A stretch of 64,000 bases of DNA from Candidatus Babeliales bacterium (lineage in GTDB: Bacteria; Babelota; Babeliae; Babelales; JANWKD01), in assembly GCA_963701665.1 (NCBI GenBank), contig OY969622.1:184658-248657 (forward strand), read 5' to 3'. A program made the translations under genes and the position numbers. Each line of letters begins with the position of its first letter. The first letter of the stretch is position 1. The notes under the pieces are model-generated. The model saw only the letters and a program-made list of their open reading frames with translations. It ran no database searches and had not been told where the DNA came from. Positions 35,894 through 44,196 of this stretch are shown piece after piece.

Positions 35894-37012
35894 ATGAGTG
35901 GGTTCATGATAGAAAAAATGCACAGATATTATTTTTTATTAATTCTTTTACTTGCGATGGCGGCATATGGCATTTCATCAAATAGGGTTGTTGCAACCAT
36001 TAATGTGGGAGTCACTCCTGCGGGCATTGCACTGACGCCCAATAATAAGTTTGCCTATGTAGCGAATAATAATAACTATGGAATTATGAATGGCGATAGC
36101 GTGAGTGTATTAAACTTGAAAAATAATACTCAGCAACAAATTATTAATGATGCAAGTTTTAATCAGCCTTATACCGTAACTATTAACGCAGCAGGTACAA
36201 AAGCGTATGTGACCAATAGTAACGGTGCAACAATAACTATTATTAATATACCATCGAATACGGTGATAGGTACCATTACAGGGTTTGATGGGCCTTCGGG
36301 CATGGTTATAACGCCTGATGGTAATACAGCCTATGTTAATAATTATGGTGGGCCTATTGCAGGTAGTGGTTTTGGGACAACAGTCAGTGTTGTTAATTTG
36401 AATACAAACACTATTGTTGGTACCATTACCGTGGGGCAAGCACCTGCTGCATTGGCAATAACGCCGGATGGTGCATTTGTGTATGTTGCTAATTACATTT
36501 TAGGTAACCCCGGTATGGGCACGGTAAGTGTTATACAAACAAGTAATAATACTGTTATTCAGACGATCCCAGGTTTTTCAGGTCCCTTTGCCATTGAAAT
36601 AACGCCCAATGGCGAATATGCGTACGTAACTAATTTTGGCAGTAATAATTTTAATCCAATAGGAACAACGGTCAGTGTTATTGATTTGAGCAGTAATACG
36701 ATTAGTGAGACGATTAATGTCGGCATCCAGCCATCGGGTATTGCTATTACGCCAGATGGGTTATATGCCTATGTAACGAATTATGACACGCTGTACACCG
36801 ATACTACGAAATTTACTGGCTTAACGGCGGGTCAAGGCGTCGTGAATATTATTGATATCACAACTAACACGGTCATCCCTCCTGTAATTGCCGTTGAACA
36901 GTCTCCTGCGAACATTGCGATATCATCAAATGGTAAATATGCCTATGTTACCAATTTTACATCTAACACGGTGAATGTTCTTAACATTCTTGAAAGAATG
37001 TGGTTAAAATAA
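35894..37012 (+). CDS. YVTN-family beta-propeller repeat protein
   Basis: At least seven repeats of ...P.GIAITPDG..AYV(T/A)N.....VSVI(D/N).... Confidence 0.75.
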   Translation: MSGFMIEKMHRYYFLLILLLAMAAYGISSNRVVATINVGVTPAGIALTPNNKFAYVANNNNYGIMNGDSVSVLNLKNNTQQQIINDASFNQPYTVTINAAGTKAYVTNSNGATITIINIPSNTVIGTITGFDGPSGMVITPDGNTAYVNNYGGPIAGSGFGTTVSVVNLNTNTIVGTITVGQAPAALAITPDGAFVYVANYILGNPGMGTVSVIQTSNNTVIQTIPGFSGPFAIEITPNGEYAYVTNFGSNNFNPIGTTVSVIDLSSNTISETINVGIQPSGIAITPDGLYAYVTNYDTLYTDTTKFTGLTAGQGVVNIIDITTNTVIPPVIAVEQSPANIAISSNGKYAYVTNFTSNTVNVLNILERMWLK

Positions 37013-37037
37013 ATTTTTGTACTTAAAAAAGGTATGT

Positions 37038-37616
37038 ATGAAAAAAAATTTTCTTTTTTTGTTCGTATTATTCTCAGTGGTATGCGCACAATCATGTTAT
37101 GGGCAAATACTAGGCTGTGATCGGTTTCAGACTGCTTTTACTTCAGGATATGTCTTTAAACATTCTGATAAGATTTTTAAAAAAGTATATGGTCGTGGTA
37201 TGGGAAATGTGCTAACAGCGGATCTTTGTTATTTTCCGTGGGAATGTTGGGGCATTGGTGGCAAGGCTAGCTACTGGCTTGCGGTTGGTAAAACAAGCTT
37301 TTTTAAAAGGCATACAACATTACAGGAGATTCCGTTGACGGTTTATGTGCGCAGAATGTTTGATTTTGCAAGTGGCTTAGAACTTTACGGTTCATTAGGT
37401 GGCGGTGGAGCATGGATTAGTGAGCATAGCTATCGTGGGCGCGTGCGCACATGGAGAGGCGTCGGGGAAATCGAGGCTGGTCTATTTTATCCTGCATGGT
37501 GCCGTCTTGATTTTACGAGCGCTGTGCGTTATGTATTCCCTCGCCAAAGACATAGTCATATGAAATTTGATGTCGGTGGCTTTGATTTACGAGCTGGTAT
37601 TGGATTTCCGTTTTAA
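37038..37616 (+). CDS. Small outer-membrane beta-barrel protein
   Basis: Signal peptide, alternating strands, and a C-terminal ...AGIGFPF. The ATG at 37038 is preferred over the TTG at 37017. Confidence 0.5.
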   Translation: MKKNFLFLFVLFSVVCAQSCYGQILGCDRFQTAFTSGYVFKHSDKIFKKVYGRGMGNVLTADLCYFPWECWGIGGKASYWLAVGKTSFFKRHTTLQEIPLTVYVRRMFDFASGLELYGSLGGGGAWISEHSYRGRVRTWRGVGEIEAGLFYPAWCRLDFTSAVRYVFPRQRHSHMKFDVGGFDLRAGIGFPF

Positions 37617-37641
37617 TCTTAACACCAGCTCATGAAGATAA

Positions 37642-37962
37642 TTATTTAAATTTTTCTTTTTGATGAGACGGCTGAATTTTTTCGATTGAGTTTGGAATAG
37701 TCACTGCTCCCCAGGCCAGAAAGGTACCCAAAACACAGAGAGGAGCAATAGCACAACTCCCAAAAATAGGATAACCCCCAGCTGCCATTCCTGCGCCAGC
37801 GCAACCACTTATGCAAAGCTCACTAGCAATCTCAGAATCTTGGTCTGTGACACCAGAGCAATCCGGTAAGAGTCGTTGAAGCGTGTGAGGGGTATCCTTT
37901 TCCATGCAAAACGTTGTATTGATAGTTAACAAGAGGGCTAAAGCAAATGCTGCTTTCTTCAT
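37642..37962 (-). CDS. Small Cys/Gly-rich signal-peptide plus anchor protein (paralogue of 38115-38447)
   Basis: MKKAAFALALLLTINTTFCM-EKD... aligns with MKKLALVFIFLLTLNTTFCM-HNG... Confidence 0.5.
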   Translation of the reverse strand: MKKAAFALALLLTINTTFCMEKDTPHTLQRLLPDCSGVTDQDSEIASELCISGCAGAGMAAGGYPIFGSCAIAPLCVLGTFLAWGAVTIPNSIEKIQPSHQKEKFK

Positions 37963-38114
37963 AGCTGTTCCTTAGAGGTAATGGATACGTGAAAGAGAAA
38001 CATTTGTAGTGTACCGAAAAAAATTAATAAGAGAAGCTTTTAATCAGCAAATTGCGCGTGCTGAATGATCAAATTTTATCGGCTTTTCGTTTTAATGAAA
38101 CGCGCGCGTGATCA

Positions 38115-38447
38115 TTAGTCAGTTTTTTCTTTTTGATCAAACGAATCGTTTGCTTTGAAAGGTTCTCCTGTGCGTATGCCAAAAACTGTAAACGTACCAA
38201 TAGTAAACGCAAGTAGAGTTGCCAAAGGATTACCGAAAATGTGATGAGCGACACATGCTGCCGATGCGCCTCCGCCGCAACTTGTCGCATAGTCAACTGC
38301 TAACTCACAACAAGGATCATTATCATCTTCAATGACATCCGTGAAAATTGGGAGTAGAACTTTTTGATCGCGTGGGATTCCATTATGCATGCAAAAAGTT
38401 GTATTGAGCGTTAACAAAAATATAAAAACGAGCGCCAATTTTTTCAT
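38115..38447 (-). CDS. Small Cys/Gly-rich signal-peptide plus anchor protein (paralogue of 37642-37962)
   Basis: Start at MKKLALVF. Shared signal peptide, acidic patch and Cys/Gly-rich hydrophobic core. Confidence 0.5.
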   Translation of the reverse strand: MKKLALVFIFLLTLNTTFCMHNGIPRDQKVLLPIFTDVIEDDNDPCCELAVDYATSCGGGASAACVAHHIFGNPLATLLAFTIGTFTVFGIRTGEPFKANDSFDQKEKTD

Positions 38448-38703
38448 TATTAGTTCCATTGTATTGTATGAATGAACGTAATCACTTAGTAGTACAAAAA
38501 AAATAAAAATGAGAAAGCCTGAATTCTAATTCTAGCATTGCTTGGAAAGGAACTACAAGATGGTTTCAAACAACAAATCTTCACCTAGCGACATATTTTA
38601 TTATCCCAACCACTTACTTCTACGGGCTTAATTCTCCAAATGAGCCCATTGTGGAAACTGTTCTGTAACAAGCTGGATGACTAGAGATAGAGGAATTTCT
38701 AAT

Positions 38704-38961
38704 CTACAAAATGATTGAGTTATTTGTAATGTTTCCCAAAACATTGCAAGTAAGATTGATTTGAGTAAGATGCCTTAATTTTTGCTGAGTGAGCAAGTCA
38801 CGAATTTTGTCAAATTCTATCGGTAACAGGGAATCGCTTATAACTTCAATATTGCAAGTGTTCCCTTTAAAGATGCCATTGTCTTGGTTTTTTATTACAC
38901 CAGTAATAATATCGCTTGCATATTGTGGTGTGCATAACAGAGGTAATATAATTGGTCTCAT
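38704..38961 (-). CDS. Hypothetical protein
   Basis: ORF taken from the internal ATG at 38961, because the longer version overlaps the upstream ORF by 113 nt. No family recognised. Confidence 0.25.
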   Translation of the reverse strand: MRPIILPLLCTPQYASDIITGVIKNQDNGIFKGNTCNIEVISDSLLPIEFDKIRDLLTQQKLRHLTQINLTCNVLGNITNNSIIL

Positions 38962-39025
38962 TATGAATCCTTTCAAAAAAAATATTTTTCTCAATCTATA
39001 ACAAGTTTGAATTAAATTGAAGCTT

Positions 39026-39331
39026 CTAATTTGGCACCTTTTCCATAATGATATTAACTGCACAGTTAGCATGAACAATGCCTTCCGGAAAGTTTTTGCT
39101 GCGCAGTGCTTGTATGGCTTTATATAAAGATATAGCAATAGGTTTTCTATGAAAATTAAGAATGCAGGGGATTGGACTATCTAAATTGTTAATATCAATT
39201 GTTGTTAAGGGATTTTGAATGTTTGATGATGAATAAAATGTGATCTTATTTTCTCGAATATGTATCGCAAGCATAAATTCACCAGCGGGATCAGGCCAAT
39301 GAACAATAACCTTGTAATATATTAAATTCAT
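39026..39331 (-). CDS. Hypothetical protein
   Basis: 101-aa ORF; no family recognised. Confidence 0.3.
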   Translation of the reverse strand: MNLIYYKVIVHWPDPAGEFMLAIHIRENKITFYSSSNIQNPLTTIDINNLDSPIPCILNFHRKPIAISLYKAIQALRSKNFPEGIVHANCAVNIIMEKVPN

Positions 39332-39374
39332 ATATTTAAGAGGTAGTGATTTTTATAATCAAATAAGAGTAATA

Positions 39375-39617
39375 TTACCAAAATCTTTTTTTTGTGAAAG
39401 CTTTTCCAGCAAAAGTTTTTAGATAATGTTCAAATTCTTTCGCTTTGGATTTATCAACGAAACAAATATAAAGCACTAGCTCCCAAGGTCTATAGCTTGC
39501 TGTGTAAATGGAACCACCAGAATTATGGGTTTCAAGTCTTTGTTCTAAGTTTGTGGTATAACCTGCATACATTCGATCTGGGAACGCTGTTGATTTGATA
39601 AGATATACATAATACAT
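39375..39617 (-). CDS. GIY-YIG nuclease-superfamily protein (stand-alone catalytic domain)
   Basis: YYVYLIKS...MYAGYTTNLEQRLETHN fits the GIY...YxGxT..L..R...H pattern of small GIY-YIG proteins. Confidence 0.75.
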   Translation of the reverse strand: MYYVYLIKSTAFPDRMYAGYTTNLEQRLETHNSGGSIYTASYRPWELVLYICFVDKSKAKEFEHYLKTFAGKAFTKKRFW

Positions 39618-39639
39618 GGTTGAAATTAATGTTTTGCGA

Positions 39640-39785
39640 AGCCGTCCATTCTTCGCTTTAGGGTAAAACTTCGAAGTGTTATAAAGCTACGAAGGACAAT
39701 CTTCGCCTTCATTTTGCTGGCGACAGCCAATCGTAGCCGTAGGTCAACTTCGTAGTATTAACCCACGTAGGCGAAGATTGGCGTT
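39640..39785. repeat. Cluster of short inverted/direct cttcg-core motifs (structured repeat element)
   Basis: Arm pairs are gcgaag/cttcgc, ctacgaag/cttcgtag and caatcttcgcc/ggcgaagattg. Motif blocks resemble the extra internal segment of MITE copy C (16255-16330). Confidence 0.4.
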
Positions 39786-40024
39786 ACCTAGTGGATGCAA
39801 TCTTAAATCATGAGCTTGAATTTAGCACGGGAGTGCAAGTCATAAAAACCGTTTGTACTAGCTTAAAAATTGAGGTTAATAGGTAATAAAAGTCTAAACT
39901 ATTATTTACTAATCCTAATTACAGGTTAGTTTGCTAAAATAAATGATACTATTGAAAACTTCTCTATAAAGTAGTATACTATAGAGTAGTGATACTATTC
40001 TTCACCTGATGAGGCAAAACACTT

Positions 40025-40345
40025 ATGAGTAAATGGCAGATCGAATATTGGGATAGTTCAAAAGATAAAAGTTCCATTGAAAAATGGCTTGATGAATTGA
40101 CCAAAGACCAGCTTAAGTCGGTAGCCAAAGAATTAAGGATGCTAGAAGAAGCAGGTAACAAGTTAAAATTGCCACATAGTAGGCCTTTAGGTGATGGGCT
40201 TTTTGAATTACGAGAACGTAGGTATGGTTATAGAATTTATTACGGATTTTCTGGCAAACATTTAATTATTTTGCTTGCGGCCGGAAATAAAACAAGCCAA
40301 GAAAGAGATATGAAGATCGCTAGGGAGCGATTATCAAAACTATAA
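40025..40345 (+). CDS. Type II toxin, Gp49-like / HigB (RelE-ParE superfamily)
   Basis: 106 aa with ...LGDGLFELRERRYGYRIYYGF..., typical of the phage Gp49-like killer family. Followed 11 nt later by an HTH protein. Confidence 0.7.
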   Translation: MSKWQIEYWDSSKDKSSIEKWLDELTKDQLKSVAKELRMLEEAGNKLKLPHSRPLGDGLFELRERRYGYRIYYGFSGKHLIILLAAGNKTSQERDMKIARERLSKL

Positions 40346-40355
40346 GGAAAAGAAA

Positions 40356-40685
40356 ATGAGTGAAAAAAAAATTATGAAAACAAAAAGTTTTCAAAAATAT
40401 CTTGAAAAGCGTCTCGATAAAGATGAGATTGCTGAAATTGAAGAACAAGCTCTGTTAGAAATTAAAATTCTTCAATCTATGCAGAAGTCAATATCAGATG
40501 CTATGACTGATTATATGAACAAAAATAACATTGGCTTTAATGAGCTCGTTAGGCGCTTAGATACAAGTCCAGCACATGTAGCAAAAATACAAAAGGGCGA
40601 AGCTAATCTAACTGTATCTAGCTTGGCGCATATTTTGGCATTGCTCGGAAAAGAGCCGCAAGATGTTTTTAAAAACAAAAAATAA
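40356..40685 (+). CDS. XRE-family HTH antitoxin (HigA-like)
   Basis: C-terminal HTH (FNELVRRLDTSPAHVAKIQKGEANLTVSSLAHILALLG). Confidence 0.7.
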   Translation: MSEKKIMKTKSFQKYLEKRLDKDEIAEIEEQALLEIKILQSMQKSISDAMTDYMNKNNIGFNELVRRLDTSPAHVAKIQKGEANLTVSSLAHILALLGKEPQDVFKNKK

Positions 40686-40691
40686 CTTTTA

Positions 40692-40907
40692 ATGGCTAAA
40701 GAATTAAAAGAATTCAAACATTATTTTGCAGAAAAACTCAGAGATCCTGAGTATGCAATCGCATATCTTAATGAAGCATTAGCAGATGAGGATAAACGAG
40801 TTTTTTTAGTAGCGCTTAAAAATGTTATAGAAGCTTACGAAGAAAATAAAAGCCCTCTAGAAAAAAAGCTTATACTGAGGAAGTTTAAAGAAGATTATTT
40901 TCAATAA
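40692..40907 (+). CDS. Fragment-like ORF resembling the N-terminal region of HigA-family addiction-module antidote proteins
   Basis: The LRDPEYAIAYLNEALADEDKRVFLVALKNVIEA block is present, but no HTH domain follows. Confidence 0.4.
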   Translation: MAKELKEFKHYFAEKLRDPEYAIAYLNEALADEDKRVFLVALKNVIEAYEENKSPLEKKLILRKFKEDYFQ

Positions 40908-41122
40908 AATATAAAGCTCTACCTAATAAGCCTTTACAAAAAAATGATTTTTGTAATTCTTCTATTTTTACAGCTTGATATTTTTTTTTTGAAATTGACC
41001 ACCAATGATCACTAAGCTCAATGCTAATGCTATTACAGCTATTCTGAGGTTCGTGAGGATTACTTTCCATTCTACAAATAATACCTAAGCTTTTTTCAAT
41101 AAGCATTTGTAATTTATAATTC

Positions 41123-42051
41123 TTAGAGCCTATCTGAAAACTCTAAGTACTTGAAAAAATAAATAAAAAAAATAAAATCCCTCTTGAAGTTATCACACAA
41201 ACAAAAAGGGATTTTTTCATATGAAGCATTTAAATTACAAAGAAATGATACCATCAAAATATGTCATATCTGACGAACTTTTACAAGAATTTCATAACGT
41301 TATATCAACAAATATTCCACCAAGTAAAATAGGCCGGCCACGTTCTGATGATGGCCCATTAATTGCTGGGATATATTATTTGCTTAGAACAGGATGCCAA
41401 TGGGATGCGCTTCCCAAGTGCTTTGGCCCCGCAAAGACTGTTTATCATAGATTTAGAGAATTGGTCAAAGCTAATGCTTTTCAAAAAATTTGGAAATCGG
41501 TTTTAACGCACTATGATCGAACCAAAGGACTTTGTCTTGAAAATCAATCTATGGATTCATGTCATAAAAAGGTTCCGCTTGGAGGAGATAAAACAGGGAT
41601 CAGCCCGGTTGATAGAAGAAAATTAGGTTCAAAATTAAATCTTGTTGTAGAAGAATATGGACTACCTCTTGGTGCTACACTTGCAAGTGAAAATCGACAT
41701 GACACGCAATTATTTGTTTCCCTTGTCGATAATTTACAGCATCAAATTCCACAATCAAGAAATCATTATCTTCGAACCGATAAGGGCTTTGTTTCTAAAA
41801 AAAATAAGGCAGAAGCTATTAAAAGAAACTTCACGCCTATCATGCCATTAAAAAAACCAAAAAATAAACCTCGAGTTACGCAAAAAAAAGATCCAATACG
41901 ATGGGTCGTTGAAAGAACATTTTCTTGGATGAATCGATTCAGGCGTGTTTTTATTCGTTATGACAAGCTATCTAAAAATTTTCTTGGATTAGTTCAATTC
42001 GCTTGTCTAGTCATTGTTTTCAGAAAAATTTAGTTTTCAGACAGGCTCTAA
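41123..42051 (+). mobile_element. IS5-family insertion sequence, about 929 bp
   Basis: 20-bp terminal inverted repeats ttagagcctAtctgaaaact (41123-41142) and agttttcagaCaggctctaa (42032-42051), with one mismatch. Single DDE transposase ORF. Confidence 0.75.
41221..42033 (+). CDS. IS5-family DDE transposase
   Basis: DUF4096-like N-terminus (GRPRSDD...YYLLRTGCQWDALP...TVYHRF) and a DDE_Tnp_1 C-terminus (RTDKGF, VERTFSWMNRFRRVFIRYDK). Confidence 0.85.
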   Translation: MKHLNYKEMIPSKYVISDELLQEFHNVISTNIPPSKIGRPRSDDGPLIAGIYYLLRTGCQWDALPKCFGPAKTVYHRFRELVKANAFQKIWKSVLTHYDRTKGLCLENQSMDSCHKKVPLGGDKTGISPVDRRKLGSKLNLVVEEYGLPLGATLASENRHDTQLFVSLVDNLQHQIPQSRNHYLRTDKGFVSKKNKAEAIKRNFTPIMPLKKPKNKPRVTQKKDPIRWVVERTFSWMNRFRRVFIRYDKLSKNFLGLVQFACLVIVFRKI

Positions 42052-42426
42052 TTATGTTCTTGGATTAATGGTAGGAGCATTAATGTGCCATTGCACTGTT
42101 CCGTTAACACCAGGAGCTGGTTTTGTAGTAAGCTCAATAGTGGCATCATCACATATTATTACAGGTACTTTTCCTTCATTATTAAAATCTCCACCATCGG
42201 TATTATACTTAGTAATATCAGTTCCTGGTTCCCCTTCAAAAAGCCTTATAAATTTAGCACATCGATTTCCACCTGCATTTAATTGTGCAGTTTTCCCCGG
42301 CTGGATAGCATCCTTGGTAACTAATGTTTCCACAAACTTATTACGATTATCTCTTCTGTATACATCGATGGCAACTTTTACAGAGCGACTACCGCTATTT
42401 TTAATAGTAAAATTTGCCCCATGCAT
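42052..42426 (-). CDS. Hypothetical small secreted protein; N-terminal signal peptide appears frameshifted
   Basis: The ORF starts within ...SGMHG. An ATG at 42473 encodes MKTIVIVLYY* in another frame, and one base of shift would give MKTIVIVL-LLLATFSGMHG... The stop codon abuts the IS5 right IR. Confidence 0.4.
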   Translation of the reverse strand: MHGANFTIKNSGSRSVKVAIDVYRRDNRNKFVETLVTKDAIQPGKTAQLNAGGNRCAKFIRLFEGEPGTDITKYNTDGGDFNNEGKVPVIICDDATIELTTKPAPGVNGTVQWHINAPTINPRT

Positions 42427-42676
42427 TCCAGAGAAAGTTGCTAATAATAAAGTACGATAACAATTGTTTTCATTGCAATCATGCTTTTTCCCTTAAATTT
42501 TAATAATTAGTTCTTTTTATTATTTATAGAATATCAATATTTATAGGTTGCCATAAAAATAGTACAAAGAGCAATGATTTATATTGCATTTTCCAACTGT
42601 TATTATTGCATTGTTTCATGATAAACTATGAAACATTTTAATAGATCGTCTGGAATCCCTAATAGAGATACTCATC

Positions 42677-44131
42677 ATGAAAGCAATTTTAATCGCCCGT
42701 GTAAGCACAGAAGAACAGAAAGAAGCTGGCAATTCTCTTCCAGCGCAAGTCGCTCGTCTTGAGAAATATTGCCAAGTCAGAAATTTTCCCATCATTAAAA
42801 GTTTTAGCTTTGATGAGAGTGGCTATAAAAACCAACGAGAAGCATTCGATGCAATTTTAGATTTTGTACTCGAGCAACGTGAGAAAGTAGCCGTGTGTTG
42901 CGACAAAGTCGATCGCCTTTCTCGTAATATATTCGATAAACGAGTGTCTACGCTCTATGAAAAAGCATTGCAAGATCAGCTAGAGCTGCATTTTGTTTCT
43001 GATGGACAAGTTATTAATAGTCGTATTTCAGCCGTTGAAAAGTTCCAATTTGGGATTAGTTTAGGATTGGCAAAATATTATTCTGATGCCATCAGCGATA
43101 ACGTTAAAAGAGCCATAGAGCAAAAATTGCGCAAAGGCGAGTGGATTGCCAAAGCGCCCTATGGGTATAAAAATATTCTCCTAGGGGATAAAAAAGATAT
43201 CTGTGTTGATGAGTATGCAAAGCACATAATACACAAAGTATTTGAACTCTACGCAACGGGAGCCTTTTCTTTTGAGCTTTTATGCAAAAAATTAAAAGAT
43301 GATCATAACATTGTGTGGAGTGTAAGTTATATTGATAAAGTTTTTAACAACCATTTTTATTATGGTGTCATGGTTGTTAACGGCCAACAATATCCTCATA
43401 AATATCCTCCCCTAATTTCTCAAGCACTTTTTGAAAAGGTTCAGCTTATGAAAAAAAGTCTCAGCAAAAAACAAAGCAGATATGCAGGAAAGCCTTTTCA
43501 CTATCGCGGACTTTTGCGTTGTGATGATTGTGGATTTGCCATTACGCCAGAAAAGCACAAGGGTCATGTCTATTATCATTGCACTGAATTCAAGGGCAAG
43601 CATGGGGCAAAATGGCTGCGAGAAGAGGCAATCACCGAACAACTAGGAGCTATCTTTAAAAGTTTGCAAATGCCTGAAGAAGTCTTAAAACAAATCACTG
43701 AGACATTAACTGAAGTTCATGAAAATAAGATTGCCTTCCAAACAAAACAATTCGATACGCTCACTAGGGAACAAAAAGAAGTCACAAAAATGATGGATAA
43801 TTTATACCTTGATAAACTCAAAGGGAGAATTACTGAGAGCGCGTATGACAGATTTTACCAAAAATTCAGAGATCAGATCACGGATATTTCTATTAGATTA
43901 GAGCAATTACAAGAAGCAGAAGATCACTACTATATTACGGTAAAATACCTACTAGAGCTGACAACGCGTGCCTATGACCTTTTTATGAGTTCGGAAGTGG
44001 AGGAAAAAAGGCAATTAATCAAACTTGTACTATCGAACTTAAGGCTAAAAGGTGAAACACTCGTCTACGACGCTCATCAGCCGTTTGATTTGATACTAAA
44101 AAGTACCGATCAACAACTTTGGCGTCCCTAA
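42677..44131 (+). CDS. Large serine recombinase (integrase/resolvase family)
   Basis: The N-terminal catalytic domain has AILIARVSTEEQ, the Ser nucleophile motif. A recombinase domain, a Cys-rich zinc-ribbon (CDDCGFAIT...YYHCTEF) and a coiled-coil tail follow. Confidence 0.85.
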   Translation: MKAILIARVSTEEQKEAGNSLPAQVARLEKYCQVRNFPIIKSFSFDESGYKNQREAFDAILDFVLEQREKVAVCCDKVDRLSRNIFDKRVSTLYEKALQDQLELHFVSDGQVINSRISAVEKFQFGISLGLAKYYSDAISDNVKRAIEQKLRKGEWIAKAPYGYKNILLGDKKDICVDEYAKHIIHKVFELYATGAFSFELLCKKLKDDHNIVWSVSYIDKVFNNHFYYGVMVVNGQQYPHKYPPLISQALFEKVQLMKKSLSKKQSRYAGKPFHYRGLLRCDDCGFAITPEKHKGHVYYHCTEFKGKHGAKWLREEAITEQLGAIFKSLQMPEEVLKQITETLTEVHENKIAFQTKQFDTLTREQKEVTKMMDNLYLDKLKGRITESAYDRFYQKFRDQITDISIRLEQLQEAEDHYYITVKYLLELTTRAYDLFMSSEVEEKRQLIKLVLSNLRLKGETLVYDAHQPFDLILKSTDQQLWRP

Positions 44132-44196
44132 GGGGATTCGAACCCCTGTTTTCGCCGTGAAAGGGCGATGTCCTAGACCAGCTAGACGATAGGGAC
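44120..44196 (-). tRNA. tRNA-Glu (anticodon UUC), CCA encoded
   Basis: The minus strand reads GTCCCTATCGTCTAGCTGGTCTAGGACATCGCCCTTTCACGGCGAAAACAGGGGTTCGAATCCCCTTAGGGACGCCA. It folds as a full cloverleaf with anticodon loop CTTTCAC. Confidence 0.95.

Noticed and set aside
38069-38296. 75-aa ORF overlapping 38115-38459 on the same strand in another frame.
   Set aside because: The alternative frame encodes a protein clearly paralogous to 37642-37962, with signal peptide and Cys/Gly core, so this frame is spurious.
39640-39785. CRISPR-like array, because short cttcg-containing motifs recur at intervals.
   Set aside because: The repeat units are only 6-11 nt, irregularly spaced and mutually complementary rather than direct. 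No cas genes are nearby. No CRISPR array was seen anywhere in the window.
41120-42054. Clean 3-bp target-site duplication for the IS5-family element.
   Set aside because: The flanking trinucleotides are TTA and TAA, which are not identical. They can equally be read as extensions of the inverted repeat, so no TSD is claimed.
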